Shown here: positions 29,000 to 36,947 of the stretch, piece after piece
Position numbering within the stretch: position 1 is the stretch's first letter
Layout of the letters: the number at the start of each line of letters is the position of its first letter
Source: Candidatus Kapaibacterium sp.
GTDB lineage: Bacteria; Bacteroidota; Ignavibacteria; Kapaibacteriales; UBA2268
DNA: 64,000 nt
Assembly: GCA_963664875.1 (NCBI GenBank)
Contig: OY761611.1
Coordinates: 3,008,001 to 3,072,000 of the forward strand
Direction: 5' to 3'
The notes under the pieces: generated by a model
The model's database searches: none
Told to the model about the DNA's origin: nothing
The model's input: only the letters and a program-made list of their open reading frames with translations
Program-made: the position numbers and the translations under genes

Positions 29000-29033
29000 A
29001 AAGTGCTGCATAGTTGCTATGTGGCACTTTTTT
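29000..29033 (+). terminator. Intrinsic terminator after lpdA
   Basis: aaagtgctgcatag-ttg-ctatgtggcacttt followed by a T-run. Confidence 0.8.
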
Positions 29034-29184
29034 AAAAATTATATTTGCATTTGTTATAGAAAACTACTTATATTTGTAACTCTTTTTAAAAGCATCAGAT
29101 GCTATGTGAGTTGCACTACAAGCAGACTCATAAAAGAGAAAACAAAAAAAAATCAAGAGTTCTTAAAAAAGGTATGTTTTTTGC

Positions 29185-29215
29185 TTGCATAAATCGAGAA
29201 AAAAACTTATTTTTG
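29185..29215 (+). promoter_or_regulatory. Housekeeping promoter of the first tRNA-Gly
   Basis: TTGCAT-N17-TATTTT(TG). The same architecture precedes the second tRNA. Confidence 0.6.
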
Positions 29216-29243
29216 AATTGTTCTTTTGAGGGCAAAACTAAAT

Positions 29244-29316
29244 GCGAGAATAGCTCAGTTGGTAGAGCACAACCTTGCCAAGGTTGGGGTCGCGAGTTCG
29301 AGTCTCGTTTCTCGCT
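29244..29316 (+). tRNA. tRNA-Gly (GCC)
   Basis: Cloverleaf GCGAGAA...TTCTCGC-T, anticodon loop TT-GCC-AA, T-loop TTCGAGT. CCA not encoded. Confidence 0.97.
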
Positions 29317-29350
29317 CTGAAAAAATCTTTTTGCAAAAGTAAAATTTTGC

Positions 29351-29380
29351 TTGCAGGTTTTAAAAGTTTTTTGTAATTTG
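29351..29380 (+). promoter_or_regulatory. Housekeeping promoter of the second tRNA-Gly
   Basis: TTGCAG-N17-TAATTT(G). Confidence 0.6.
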
Positions 29381-29408
29381 AATATACTTCTTTAATAAAG
29401 AAAGTAAT

Positions 29409-29481
29409 GCGAGAATAGCTCAGTTGGTAGAGCACAACCTTGCCAAGGTTGGGGTCGCGAGTTCGAGTCTCGTTTCTCGCT
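29409..29481 (+). tRNA. tRNA-Gly (GCC), identical second copy
   Basis: Identical 73-nt sequence to 29244-29316. Confidence 0.97.
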
Positions 29482-29516
29482 CGACGACGTAAGTCGTTTC
29501 TTCCTCTTTATGCTGC

Positions 29517-29558
29517 ATGCCTTGCCGACATTCCCCCCGTTGGTAGGGCATTTTTTTT
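29517..29558 (+). terminator. Terminator after the tRNA pair
   Basis: tgccttgccgac/gttggtagggca 12-bp stem followed by T8. Confidence 0.85.
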
Positions 29559-29736
29559 GTCTTGTCTTATAAATCAGGTTGTTACAAGGTCTTAACGATG
29601 AGTTTTACTAATTGGATAGCTCATATTTGTTTATCCATACTCTTAAAAAGATAAATGATTAGAATTGAAGCTAGAAAATTGTATTTGAATTTTGTAAATT
29701 ATTAAACATTTGCATATATTGAGTTGTGTCATTTTC

Positions 29737-30609
29737 ATGGAGCATGATTTGAAACAACTATTTGATGAAACGATACATAATATTCTTGATAAAAGATTAT
29801 TAGAACTCGAAGACCATTTCGATTCTGACGTATTATTCTATTATGGTGAGATATACTCTTCTCTTGAAAAAGAGTTCCGCAATTTGATAGAACAATTAAA
29901 AAAAGACTCAAATATTAGGAAGCGGCTGACAATTATTCTCAATACTCCGGGTGGTAGTGCTGAAACTGTTGAAAAATTGGTTAATGTAATTCGTTTCCAC
30001 TACGAAGAGATTTATTTTATTGTCCCTGATTATGCAATGTCTGCCGGAACAATTTTTTGCATGGCAGGCGATAAAATTTTCATGGATTATACTTCCTCTC
30101 TTGGTCCAATTGATCCACAAATTTTCAATGGTAAGAGTTGGGTTCCAGCATTAGGTTATTTAGATCAAGTAAATAAACTTATTAAGAAATCTGCTGACGG
30201 AGTATTAACTGAAGCAGAGTTTCTTATCCTTAGAGAAATAGATTTAGCTGAATTAAGAAGTTTTGAAATGGCACGTGATTTAACCGTAACGCTACTAAAG
30301 GACTGGTTAGTTAAGTATAAGTTTAAGAATTGGACTAAACATAGGAGTAATAAAAAACCGGTAACTGATAAAGAGAAACAAGACAGAGCTGAAGAAATTG
30401 CGAAGAAATTAGGTGATAATACTATTTGGCAATCACATGGTAGAACAATCAATATAGATACTTTGAAAAATTTTCTTAAATTAGAAATTGAAGATTATTC
30501 AAATGATGCAAACAGAACAAATTTAATCCGACAATATAACGACCTAATAACGGAATATATCTTACGTCATAGATTTAGTGCTTTCAAACATACAAGAAAA
30601 TACTTTTAG
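29737..30609 (+). CDS. SDH-family ClpP-fold serine proteinase
   Basis: Motifs LNTPGGS, YAMSAGT (Ser), LGPIDPQ (Asp), SHGR (His). ATG 29737 preferred. Confidence 0.85.
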   Translation: MEHDLKQLFDETIHNILDKRLLELEDHFDSDVLFYYGEIYSSLEKEFRNLIEQLKKDSNIRKRLTIILNTPGGSAETVEKLVNVIRFHYEEIYFIVPDYAMSAGTIFCMAGDKIFMDYTSSLGPIDPQIFNGKSWVPALGYLDQVNKLIKKSADGVLTEAEFLILREIDLAELRSFEMARDLTVTLLKDWLVKYKFKNWTKHRSNKKPVTDKEKQDRAEEIAKKLGDNTIWQSHGRTINIDTLKNFLKLEIEDYSNDANRTNLIRQYNDLITEYILRHRFSAFKHTRKYF

Positions 30610-30629
30610 TCAATGAAGGACTATCAAAA

Positions 30630-30824
30630 ATGCAAGAAACCAAAAATATAGAAGCAATACTAGCAAAGGAATCAAAGACTTTTCAGCATGGAAGACTTAT
30701 TAATAGTGAGTTTATCAAAAAGATAAGTAAAATGAAACTATCTCCAAAAAAATCAAACTACAGTTTGCCTTTGAAAGATACAATTGGTCGCAATCACTAC
30801 GATAATACTGCTACTGCAAAATAG
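30630..30824 (+). CDS. Small basic hypothetical protein (64 aa)
   Basis: aagga RBS, 20 nt after the protease stop, followed by a terminator. Confidence 0.6.
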   Translation: MQETKNIEAILAKESKTFQHGRLINSEFIKKISKMKLSPKKSNYSLPLKDTIGRNHYDNTATAK

Positions 30825-30832
30825 ATTTTTAG

Positions 30833-30865
30833 AGAGCCAAAGCAAAATGTTTTGGCTTTTTTTTT
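30833..30865 (+). terminator. Terminator closing the protease cassette
   Basis: agagccaaagca-aaa-tgttttggcttt followed by a T-run. Confidence 0.75.
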
Positions 30866-30931
30866 CTCTCCTACCCTATTTCTTTCCTTTATACGTAAAT
30901 TTGTATCATTGCAAATTTGAAATATCAAGAT

Positions 30932-32464
30932 ATGAAATACAAAAAAATACAGATAAAAGTGCCGACTGATTATACAAAAGAGCAGTTGGAAAAGAAAATC
31001 AGACAGGAAGTTAAAACTTCTGAGTTTGAGTATAGCATTGACAAAAAAAGCTTAGATGCCCGAAATAAGAGAAGTATTCACTGGCAGATGACTGTACTTG
31101 TAAAGTCTGATGCTATTAAAGATGGAGAGCTCTACGAAGAGCAACATTTAGAAATTCCTAAGCTAAATACTCAGAAGAAGGTTCTTGTTGTAGGTAGCGG
31201 ACCGGCAGGATTTTTTGCGGGCTATGTGCTCCAAAAAGCAGGCTTTGAGGTTACTCTTATCGAACAAGGCAAGAAAGTTCGGGACAGGCATAAAGATATT
31301 TTGAGTTTTGAGAAAACGGGTGAGCTTGTTGAGAACAGCAATTATGGTTTTGGTGAAGGTGGTGCAGGAACTTTTTCTGATGGTAAACTGACGTCAAGAA
31401 CTAAGTCTATTTCTTTAGAGAAGCAGTTTGTTTTTGATGAATATGTAAAAGCAGGAGCTCCCGAAGAAATTAAGTTTTTGGCTCATCCACATATCGGAAG
31501 TGATATTTTAAGAACGGTAGTTACAAATCTCCGCAAGCAGTTTGAAGAAGATGGCGGCAAGATATTATTTTCGACAAAGTTGCTGAATATTGAAAAAGCA
31601 GGTCGTGATATTATCAAAGCGGAAACGAGTGCCGGAACTATAGATGCTGATTATTTCGTTATTGCGCCGGGGCACTCCTCTTACGAAACTTATAAAATGC
31701 TTATTCGCAACGGTGTTCTTTTTAGGACTAAGGGCTTTGCTATTGGCGCGAGAGCTGAGCATAGGCAAGAGCTTATAAATACCTCTCAGTGGGGCTTTAA
31801 ACAGCTTCAGGGCGTAAAAGCAGCAGAGTACAGACTGACTTCTAAAAGCAAAGAAGGTTCTGCCTTTACATTTTGTATGTGTCCGGGCGGAATGGTTGTT
31901 CCGGCGGCGACACATGAAGGCATGAATATAGTAAACGGTATGAGCAATTATAAAAGGAACTCCCCTTATGCAAATGCTGCTGTAGTGGCAAGTCTTAACT
32001 TTAATGAGATTGAAGGCAGAGAAGTCGAGGCTCTGGAAGCTATTGAGATGCTTTCATCTTTAGAAAATTCGTTCTATGATTTTTCTAAAGGGTATGCGGC
32101 TCCATCTATTCTAATCTCTGACTTTATCAAAGGCAAGTCGAGTGGAAAGCTAAATGACACCTCATACCCACTTGGCTTGAAAGCAGCTCCTTTGTATGAT
32201 ATGCTACCAAAAATTGTGGCGGAAAACATGAAAGCCGGTTTGCAGGATTTTGCCAGAAAAATCCGAGGCTACGAAGAAGGAATGCTTATTGGTTTAGAAA
32301 GCAAGACCTCTTCGCCTATTCAGGTTATTAAAGATGACAAGGGCAATGTTGCAGGTATTGATAATTTGTACTTATGTGGAGAAGGGAGCGGCTTTGCCGG
32401 TGGTATTATGAGTTCTGCAGCTGATGGAATTAAAACTGCAATGCGAATAATAGCTAATCTTTAA
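30932..32464 (+). CDS. FAD-dependent oxidoreductase (uncharacterised COG2509-type)
   Basis: Motifs VVGSGPAGFFA, FGEGGAGTFSDGKL, HPHIGSD, TFCMCPGG, GEGSGFAGGIMSSA. Confidence 0.9.
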   Translation: MKYKKIQIKVPTDYTKEQLEKKIRQEVKTSEFEYSIDKKSLDARNKRSIHWQMTVLVKSDAIKDGELYEEQHLEIPKLNTQKKVLVVGSGPAGFFAGYVLQKAGFEVTLIEQGKKVRDRHKDILSFEKTGELVENSNYGFGEGGAGTFSDGKLTSRTKSISLEKQFVFDEYVKAGAPEEIKFLAHPHIGSDILRTVVTNLRKQFEEDGGKILFSTKLLNIEKAGRDIIKAETSAGTIDADYFVIAPGHSSYETYKMLIRNGVLFRTKGFAIGARAEHRQELINTSQWGFKQLQGVKAAEYRLTSKSKEGSAFTFCMCPGGMVVPAATHEGMNIVNGMSNYKRNSPYANAAVVASLNFNEIEGREVEALEAIEMLSSLENSFYDFSKGYAAPSILISDFIKGKSSGKLNDTSYPLGLKAAPLYDMLPKIVAENMKAGLQDFARKIRGYEEGMLIGLESKTSSPIQVIKDDKGNVAGIDNLYLCGEGSGFAGGIMSSAADGIKTAMRIIANL

Positions 32465-32572
32465 CAAGTCCGAGACCTAAGTATTATTACCTGTTTTTAT
32501 AAAGATTTGCTAATAATTTTGAGATACTCCCGTTTACAGTGGATATTACATTCACTAATGGAGATTTCGCAA

Positions 32573-33430
32573 ATGTATAAGTATATTTTACTTATTCTTT
32601 TGATGCCTATTATTGCTTTTGCACAAAAAGAGACTGAGGAAAAAGACCCTGATTTGGGTAAATGGATTCCTAAAGGGGTGGCAGGTTTAAATATTGCCCA
32701 AATGGCTTTTAGTAATTGGTCTCAGGGAGGCGACAACTCGATGACTTACTCTTTATCGGGTAATTTTAGTTTGAACTATAAAGATGAGTCGCTTGCATTT
32801 ACTAATAGTTTGAAACTTGCCTACGGCCAGACAAAGCTTGGCGATGATGATTTCAGAACAAATGACAATGAGTTTTATCTTGAAAATGTTTTAGCCAAAA
32901 GAGTAGGCTGGGCAGTTGATCCTTACTTCTCTAATACAGTTCGTTCTACTGTAGCACCCGGTTATAAATTTAATAAAGATACCAAAGAGTATGATCAAAT
33001 CTCGGATTTCTTTGATCCCGGATACATCTCACAATCTCTCGGTTTTACTTATAATAAGCTAAAATCTGTGCAAACAAGGCTTGGGGTTGGTTTGCAGGAG
33101 ACATTTGCTTCTACTTATTTGAATTATACTGACGACCCTGAAACCGCTGATAAAGAAGAAGACTTTAAGTTTGAGACAGGTATAGAGTCAGTTACAGACG
33201 TGGAATATTCTTTTATGGATAATATGCTTTATAAAAGCAAGCTCAGATTATTTACCCGATTTGATCAGCTTGATGTATGGGATGTCCGTTTCGATAATAC
33301 TATCAGTGCACAGGTAAATAAGTATATTGTTGTCAATCTTAATGTCCTTGTTGTTTATGAAAAAAGCCAATCTTTAAGAACTCAGGTTAAAGAAGCTTTG
33401 CAGCTTGGAGTAACACTTAATTTATTTTAG
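32573..33430 (+). CDS. DUF3078-type outer-membrane protein
   Basis: Signal peptide from ATG 32573. Motifs FSNWSQGG, LKLAYGQTK, ISDFFDPGY. C-terminal F. Confidence 0.8.
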   Translation: MYKYILLILLMPIIAFAQKETEEKDPDLGKWIPKGVAGLNIAQMAFSNWSQGGDNSMTYSLSGNFSLNYKDESLAFTNSLKLAYGQTKLGDDDFRTNDNEFYLENVLAKRVGWAVDPYFSNTVRSTVAPGYKFNKDTKEYDQISDFFDPGYISQSLGFTYNKLKSVQTRLGVGLQETFASTYLNYTDDPETADKEEDFKFETGIESVTDVEYSFMDNMLYKSKLRLFTRFDQLDVWDVRFDNTISAQVNKYIVVNLNVLVVYEKSQSLRTQVKEALQLGVTLNLF

Positions 33431-33433
33431 GAG

Positions 33434-34249
33434 ATGAAAATGGAAAATTATATTGACATATTGATGGGATATGTATATTCCTATGGTCCTAAGCTAATAT
33501 TAGCTATTTTAACTTTGTGGATAGGTTTCAAAGTAATTCGAAAGATGACTATACTTTTAGAACTTGCTATAGAGCGTAAAGAAGTGGATTTGTCTTTGAG
33601 AAAGTTCCTATCTTCACTGTTCAACATTCTAATGAAAACGCTTCTAATTCTAAGCGTTATATCCATAGTCGGTGTTGATACTACTTCGTTTGTAGCGATA
33701 CTTGCTTCTGCCGGTTTTGCTATTGGTATGGCACTTCAGGGCAGTTTGGGTAACTTTGCGGGTGGTGTGTTGATTCTTTTCTTCAAGCCTTTTAAAGTTG
33801 GTGATGTGATTGAAGCACAGGGTTTTATCGGTGCAGTTAATTCAATACAGGTTTTCAACACAGTACTTAAAACTCCGGACAATAAAACAATCATAATTCC
33901 TAATGGCCCGCTTGCAGGTGGTCCGATAACAAATTATACTCTCGAAAAAACACGTAGGGTTGATTTTACTTTCGGAATTGGCTATGGCGATGATATTAAG
34001 AAAGCAAGAGATGTTATCAAGTCTATCATCGAAGCTGACGAAAGGATACTAAAAGATCCAACATACATGATAGCTGTTGGTGCTTTGGCGGATAGTTCGG
34101 TAAATTTGACCGTCAGAGTCTGGACCAAAACTGAAGACTATTGGGATGTATTTTTTGATATGACTGAAAGTGTTAAAGTGAAATTTGACGAAAACAGTAT
34201 TTCGATTCCATTCCCACAAACAGATATTCATATTCATAATACCAAATAA
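33434..34249 (+). CDS. mscS: Small-conductance mechanosensitive channel
   Basis: Motifs AIGMALQGSLGNFAGG, KPFKVGD, IIPNG, RRVD, IPFPQ. Confidence 0.95.
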   Translation: MKMENYIDILMGYVYSYGPKLILAILTLWIGFKVIRKMTILLELAIERKEVDLSLRKFLSSLFNILMKTLLILSVISIVGVDTTSFVAILASAGFAIGMALQGSLGNFAGGVLILFFKPFKVGDVIEAQGFIGAVNSIQVFNTVLKTPDNKTIIIPNGPLAGGPITNYTLEKTRRVDFTFGIGYGDDIKKARDVIKSIIEADERILKDPTYMIAVGALADSSVNLTVRVWTKTEDYWDVFFDMTESVKVKFDENSISIPFPQTDIHIHNTK

Positions 34250-34309
34250 GTGCGACATGTACTGTTTTAGTATTATGGAGATAGTGCTTTTGTGTAAATA
34301 ATTCTTTAT

Positions 34310-34329
34310 GGGGTTTCTATGGAAACCCC
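34310..34329. terminator. Hairpin between convergent mscS and the flagellar operon
   Basis: ggggtttc-tatg-gaaacccc. Confidence 0.5.
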
Positions 34330-34392
34330 TGAATTATTTATATCTGAATTTGTCTAAGTTTGTTTTAGAAAAATCAAGCAGACCGTAAACGG

Positions 34393-34430
34393 AAAAAGCA
34401 TAAAACAAATAATAAAGAATGTTTTATGCC
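34393..34430 (-). terminator. Terminator of the motB-fliW-csrA-RR operon
   Basis: gcataaaaca/tgttttatgc stem with A5 on the left (U-tract on minus). Confidence 0.6.
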
Positions 34431-34456
34431 TATTAGTAAGCGTCTGTATCTATAAG

Positions 34457-35092
34457 CTATTTACGGTTTTTGAGCAGCATCTTTTTGATAGATTCTATAC
34501 TGCGTTTTTCATCTTCTTTGTATGATTTTAAAAGCCCCTTGTTGTCCTGAGTGTCTTTTGCCTCAGCTTCTCCGGTGCCCAAATCCAAATTGATTCCTTC
34601 TTTGTACGACTCAGAAGTATCATCCAAAATTTCTTTATCAGCTAAATCTTCGTATTGTTCATCGAACATATTCATATCGTCAATAGGTTCGCCTTTGGCA
34701 ATTTTGTCCAACTTACGTTTACCAAATACATCGACCAATTTATCATAAACAGTAGATCTGGTAAAAGGTTTGGATATAAAGCCCGCAGTGCCGCTTTTAA
34801 CTGCTCTTCCGAGATTTTCAACATCGGATAGGGCAGAGACGATAATGACAGGAACGTCTCTTGTTAGTTTGATATGTTTCAATATTTTAAGAGTAATAAG
34901 TCCTGTTAGTTCGGGCATCATGATGTCGAGCACAATTAGAGTTGGCTGATGCTCGACCGCCAAAGCAATGCCGTCGAAACCGTTCGAGGCAAGATAAGTT
35001 TTGACAAATCCGTAATTCTGCAAAGTTTTTGAGAGAATTCTTTGCATCCAGATATCATCATCAATAATCAAAACAGAATACTCTTGCATCAT
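34457..35092 (-). CDS. Response regulator: REC domain plus acidic C-terminal tail
   Basis: Motifs VLIIDDD, LDIMMP, VSA, SKPF. About 85-aa D/E-rich tail with no HTH. Confidence 0.88.
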   Translation of the reverse strand: MMQEYSVLIIDDDIWMQRILSKTLQNYGFVKTYLASNGFDGIALAVEHQPTLIVLDIMMPELTGLITLKILKHIKLTRDVPVIIVSALSDVENLGRAVKSGTAGFISKPFTRSTVYDKLVDVFGKRKLDKIAKGEPIDDMNMFDEQYEDLADKEILDDTSESYKEGINLDLGTGEAEAKDTQDNKGLLKSYKEDEKRSIESIKKMLLKNRK

Positions 35093-35096
35093 ATCC

Positions 35097-35393
35097 CTAT
35101 TTTTTTATTTGAGCAAACAAAATATCGGCAGATTTTCGGTTTTTGCCGTTATTGTCTTCGGAAAAAATCATATTGCCGCCGGTGAGAGCGTGTTTCAAAG
35201 CAGCAAACTCTGTTTTAGATGCTTCTTTATTCATTTTTACGATTTTGTCGTGAATTTCTTTTCTATGTACTGGAATAGTTTTAGGTGCTTCGATGCCAAG
35301 TCTGACAACGCCACGGTCAAAACTTAGGACTGTAATTTTAACCGAATTGCCTATCGTAACTACTTCCCCGATCTTCCTTGATAGTACTAACAT
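35097..35393 (-). CDS. csrA: Carbon storage regulator CsrA (long, FliW-partner type)
   Basis: MLVLSRKIGE...VRLGIEAPKTIPVHRKEI, plus a C-terminal extension with N-x-x-A (MNKEA). Confidence 0.95.
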   Translation of the reverse strand: MLVLSRKIGEVVTIGNSVKITVLSFDRGVVRLGIEAPKTIPVHRKEIHDKIVKMNKEASKTEFAALKHALTGGNMIFSEDNNGKNRKSADILFAQIKK

Positions 35394-35436
35394 AATTTAT
35401 CCTCTCTCTCTGTAATTTTTTCAAGTGTTTTTATAA

Positions 35437-35862
35437 CTACTTATCTTCTTTATTTGGAAACAAGTAATTAGTGGAATACTTATCGGAACGCAAAATCCTC
35501 TGTTCTCCGGTTTGTTTTTCGACATCTAAAATGATGGGTGCCTTCATGTTTGCACTCATTTGCCCTTTGGAGCTGTCAAGAGTAACAACCACAAAGAGAA
35601 CAACTTTATCAGTGTCAATTTCTCTTCCGGGACTATAAGTGAGGTCGATATGCCATGGACTGAGTAAAGGGAAGCCTATTTCAGGCTCATCCAAACTGAT
35701 AAGCCACTTGAAAGGGACAGTCTCTTCATCGCTGATAAGGACATATTGTTTCAAATTTTCAAAGCCCAACATGCCGTCTTTGAAAGTAAAAATATGTTTT
35801 TCTTCTACGTTGATTTCACCGAAATGAAGAGTCTTAATCGATTTTGTTGCAGTGGTATCCAT
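35437..35862 (-). CDS. fliW: Flagellar assembly factor FliW
   Basis: Motifs TLHFGEI, FKDGMLGFE, PFKWLISLDEPEIGF, SANMKAPIIL. Adjacent to csrA. Start is ATG 35862 or GTG 35868. Confidence 0.93.
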   Translation of the reverse strand: MDTTATKSIKTLHFGEINVEEKHIFTFKDGMLGFENLKQYVLISDEETVPFKWLISLDEPEIGFPLLSPWHIDLTYSPGREIDTDKVVLFVVVTLDSSKGQMSANMKAPIILDVEKQTGEQRILRSDKYSTNYLFPNKEDK

Positions 35863-35865
35863 AGT

Positions 35866-35897
35866 CACATCCTTGTGTTTGTCAATCCTAAGTATTG
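35866..35897 (-). promoter_or_regulatory. CsrA binding sites over the fliW ribosome-binding site
   Basis: Minus strand CAC-AAGGAT-GTG (ACAAGGAUGU, matching the CsrA core consensus ACARGGAUGU), plus upstream CAAT-ACTTAGG-ATTG. Confidence 0.65.
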
Positions 35898-35944
35898 AAA
35901 TTATATGTACTCTAACAAAAGGTCAAAGCACAAAAATATTGTTA

Positions 35945-36691
35945 TTAATAACCGCTAACCGCAGGAGCAGAAGAATTTAATTCAGATATAGTAATCTCTA
36001 CTCTTCTGTTTATTGCCTTGCCTTCAGGTTTTGCATTAGAGGCTATCGGCCTTTGAGCTCCAAATCCTCTGTAACTAAGATTTACTTCCGGCACTCCTCT
36101 TTGGGTAAGAGCGTAAAGGACATTCAAAGCTCTTACGCCTGAAAGATGCCAGTTAGACGGGAATTTCGGTGTATTTATCGGATCGGAATCCGTATGCCCA
36201 TCCACAGTAATCTGGTACTTTGGACTATTCAATATTCGTGCCAAAGTGTCTAATGCTATCATGCCGTCGGCAAGCACGTCAGCTTTTGCAGATTCGAATA
36301 ACAATTTCTCGGATAAGTTGATAATAATCTCTGTGCCTGTTTGTGTTATTTCTATTGTACCCTCGTCGATATAGCTTTTCAACGATTCTTTTGTTTGCTG
36401 TGCTATATCTTCCAAACTCTTTCTACCGGCTGCCGGAGGCAGTATTGGTTCCGGAAGTCCTTCGCGGCTGCCTTCGAGCACTCCACTGGAGCCTTCCAAA
36501 ACAGATCCGGGCTTGAAAATATCCGCAAAAGCAGTGCTTATCTGCTTATACTTTTCTTCGTCAACGCTCGAGGTCGAATACAATATCACAAATAACCCAA
36601 GCAGCAGAGTAATCAAATCTGCATAAGTTATCAAATAACGATCGCCGGAATTTTCTGTTTTCCGGTGCTTTATTTTTTTTATTTTAGGCAC
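35945..36691 (-). CDS. motB: Flagellar motor stator protein MotB
   Basis: ITYADLITLLLGLFVILYS (conserved Asp). OmpA-like domain: GHTD, SNWHLSGVRA, NRRVEI. Confidence 0.92.
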   Translation of the reverse strand: MPKIKKIKHRKTENSGDRYLITYADLITLLLGLFVILYSTSSVDEEKYKQISTAFADIFKPGSVLEGSSGVLEGSREGLPEPILPPAAGRKSLEDIAQQTKESLKSYIDEGTIEITQTGTEIIINLSEKLLFESAKADVLADGMIALDTLARILNSPKYQITVDGHTDSDPINTPKFPSNWHLSGVRALNVLYALTQRGVPEVNLSYRGFGAQRPIASNAKPEGKAINRRVEITISELNSSAPAVSGY

Positions 36692-36723
36692 GCGTCATCC
36701 TTATACTTTTGCCTATGAGACAT

Positions 36724-36750
36724 ATATCGGCAGTTTTTTCAAAAAGATTA
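36724..36750 (-). promoter_or_regulatory. Sigma-28-type promoter of the motB operon
   Basis: Minus strand TAAT-N15-GCCGATAT, about 30 nt before the motB start. Confidence 0.65.
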
Positions 36751-36947
36751 CTTGTTTTGCGAATTTTTTTTGTTTCGCTTACTTTCTAGCTCCCAGCCCT
36801 TTATAAAACGAATATATAGAAAAAATACTACATATAGAATATATTTAATCTACGCAATATTTAATTTAAAGTTTTTTTTGTGTAACTTTTTATGCTTATG
36901 TTTGTCGTTTATATATATAATGAATTTCCATATTATTAGAGGTTAAA

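Noticed and set aside
29099-29435. ORFs 29099..29320 (+) and 29238..29435 (-)
   Set aside because: Both are shadow translations of the tRNA-Gly genes.
29244-30900. Integrated element bounded by attL/attR at tRNA-Gly
   Set aside because: No integrase and no partial tRNA 3' repeat after the cassette. Both tRNAs are full length with their own promoters.
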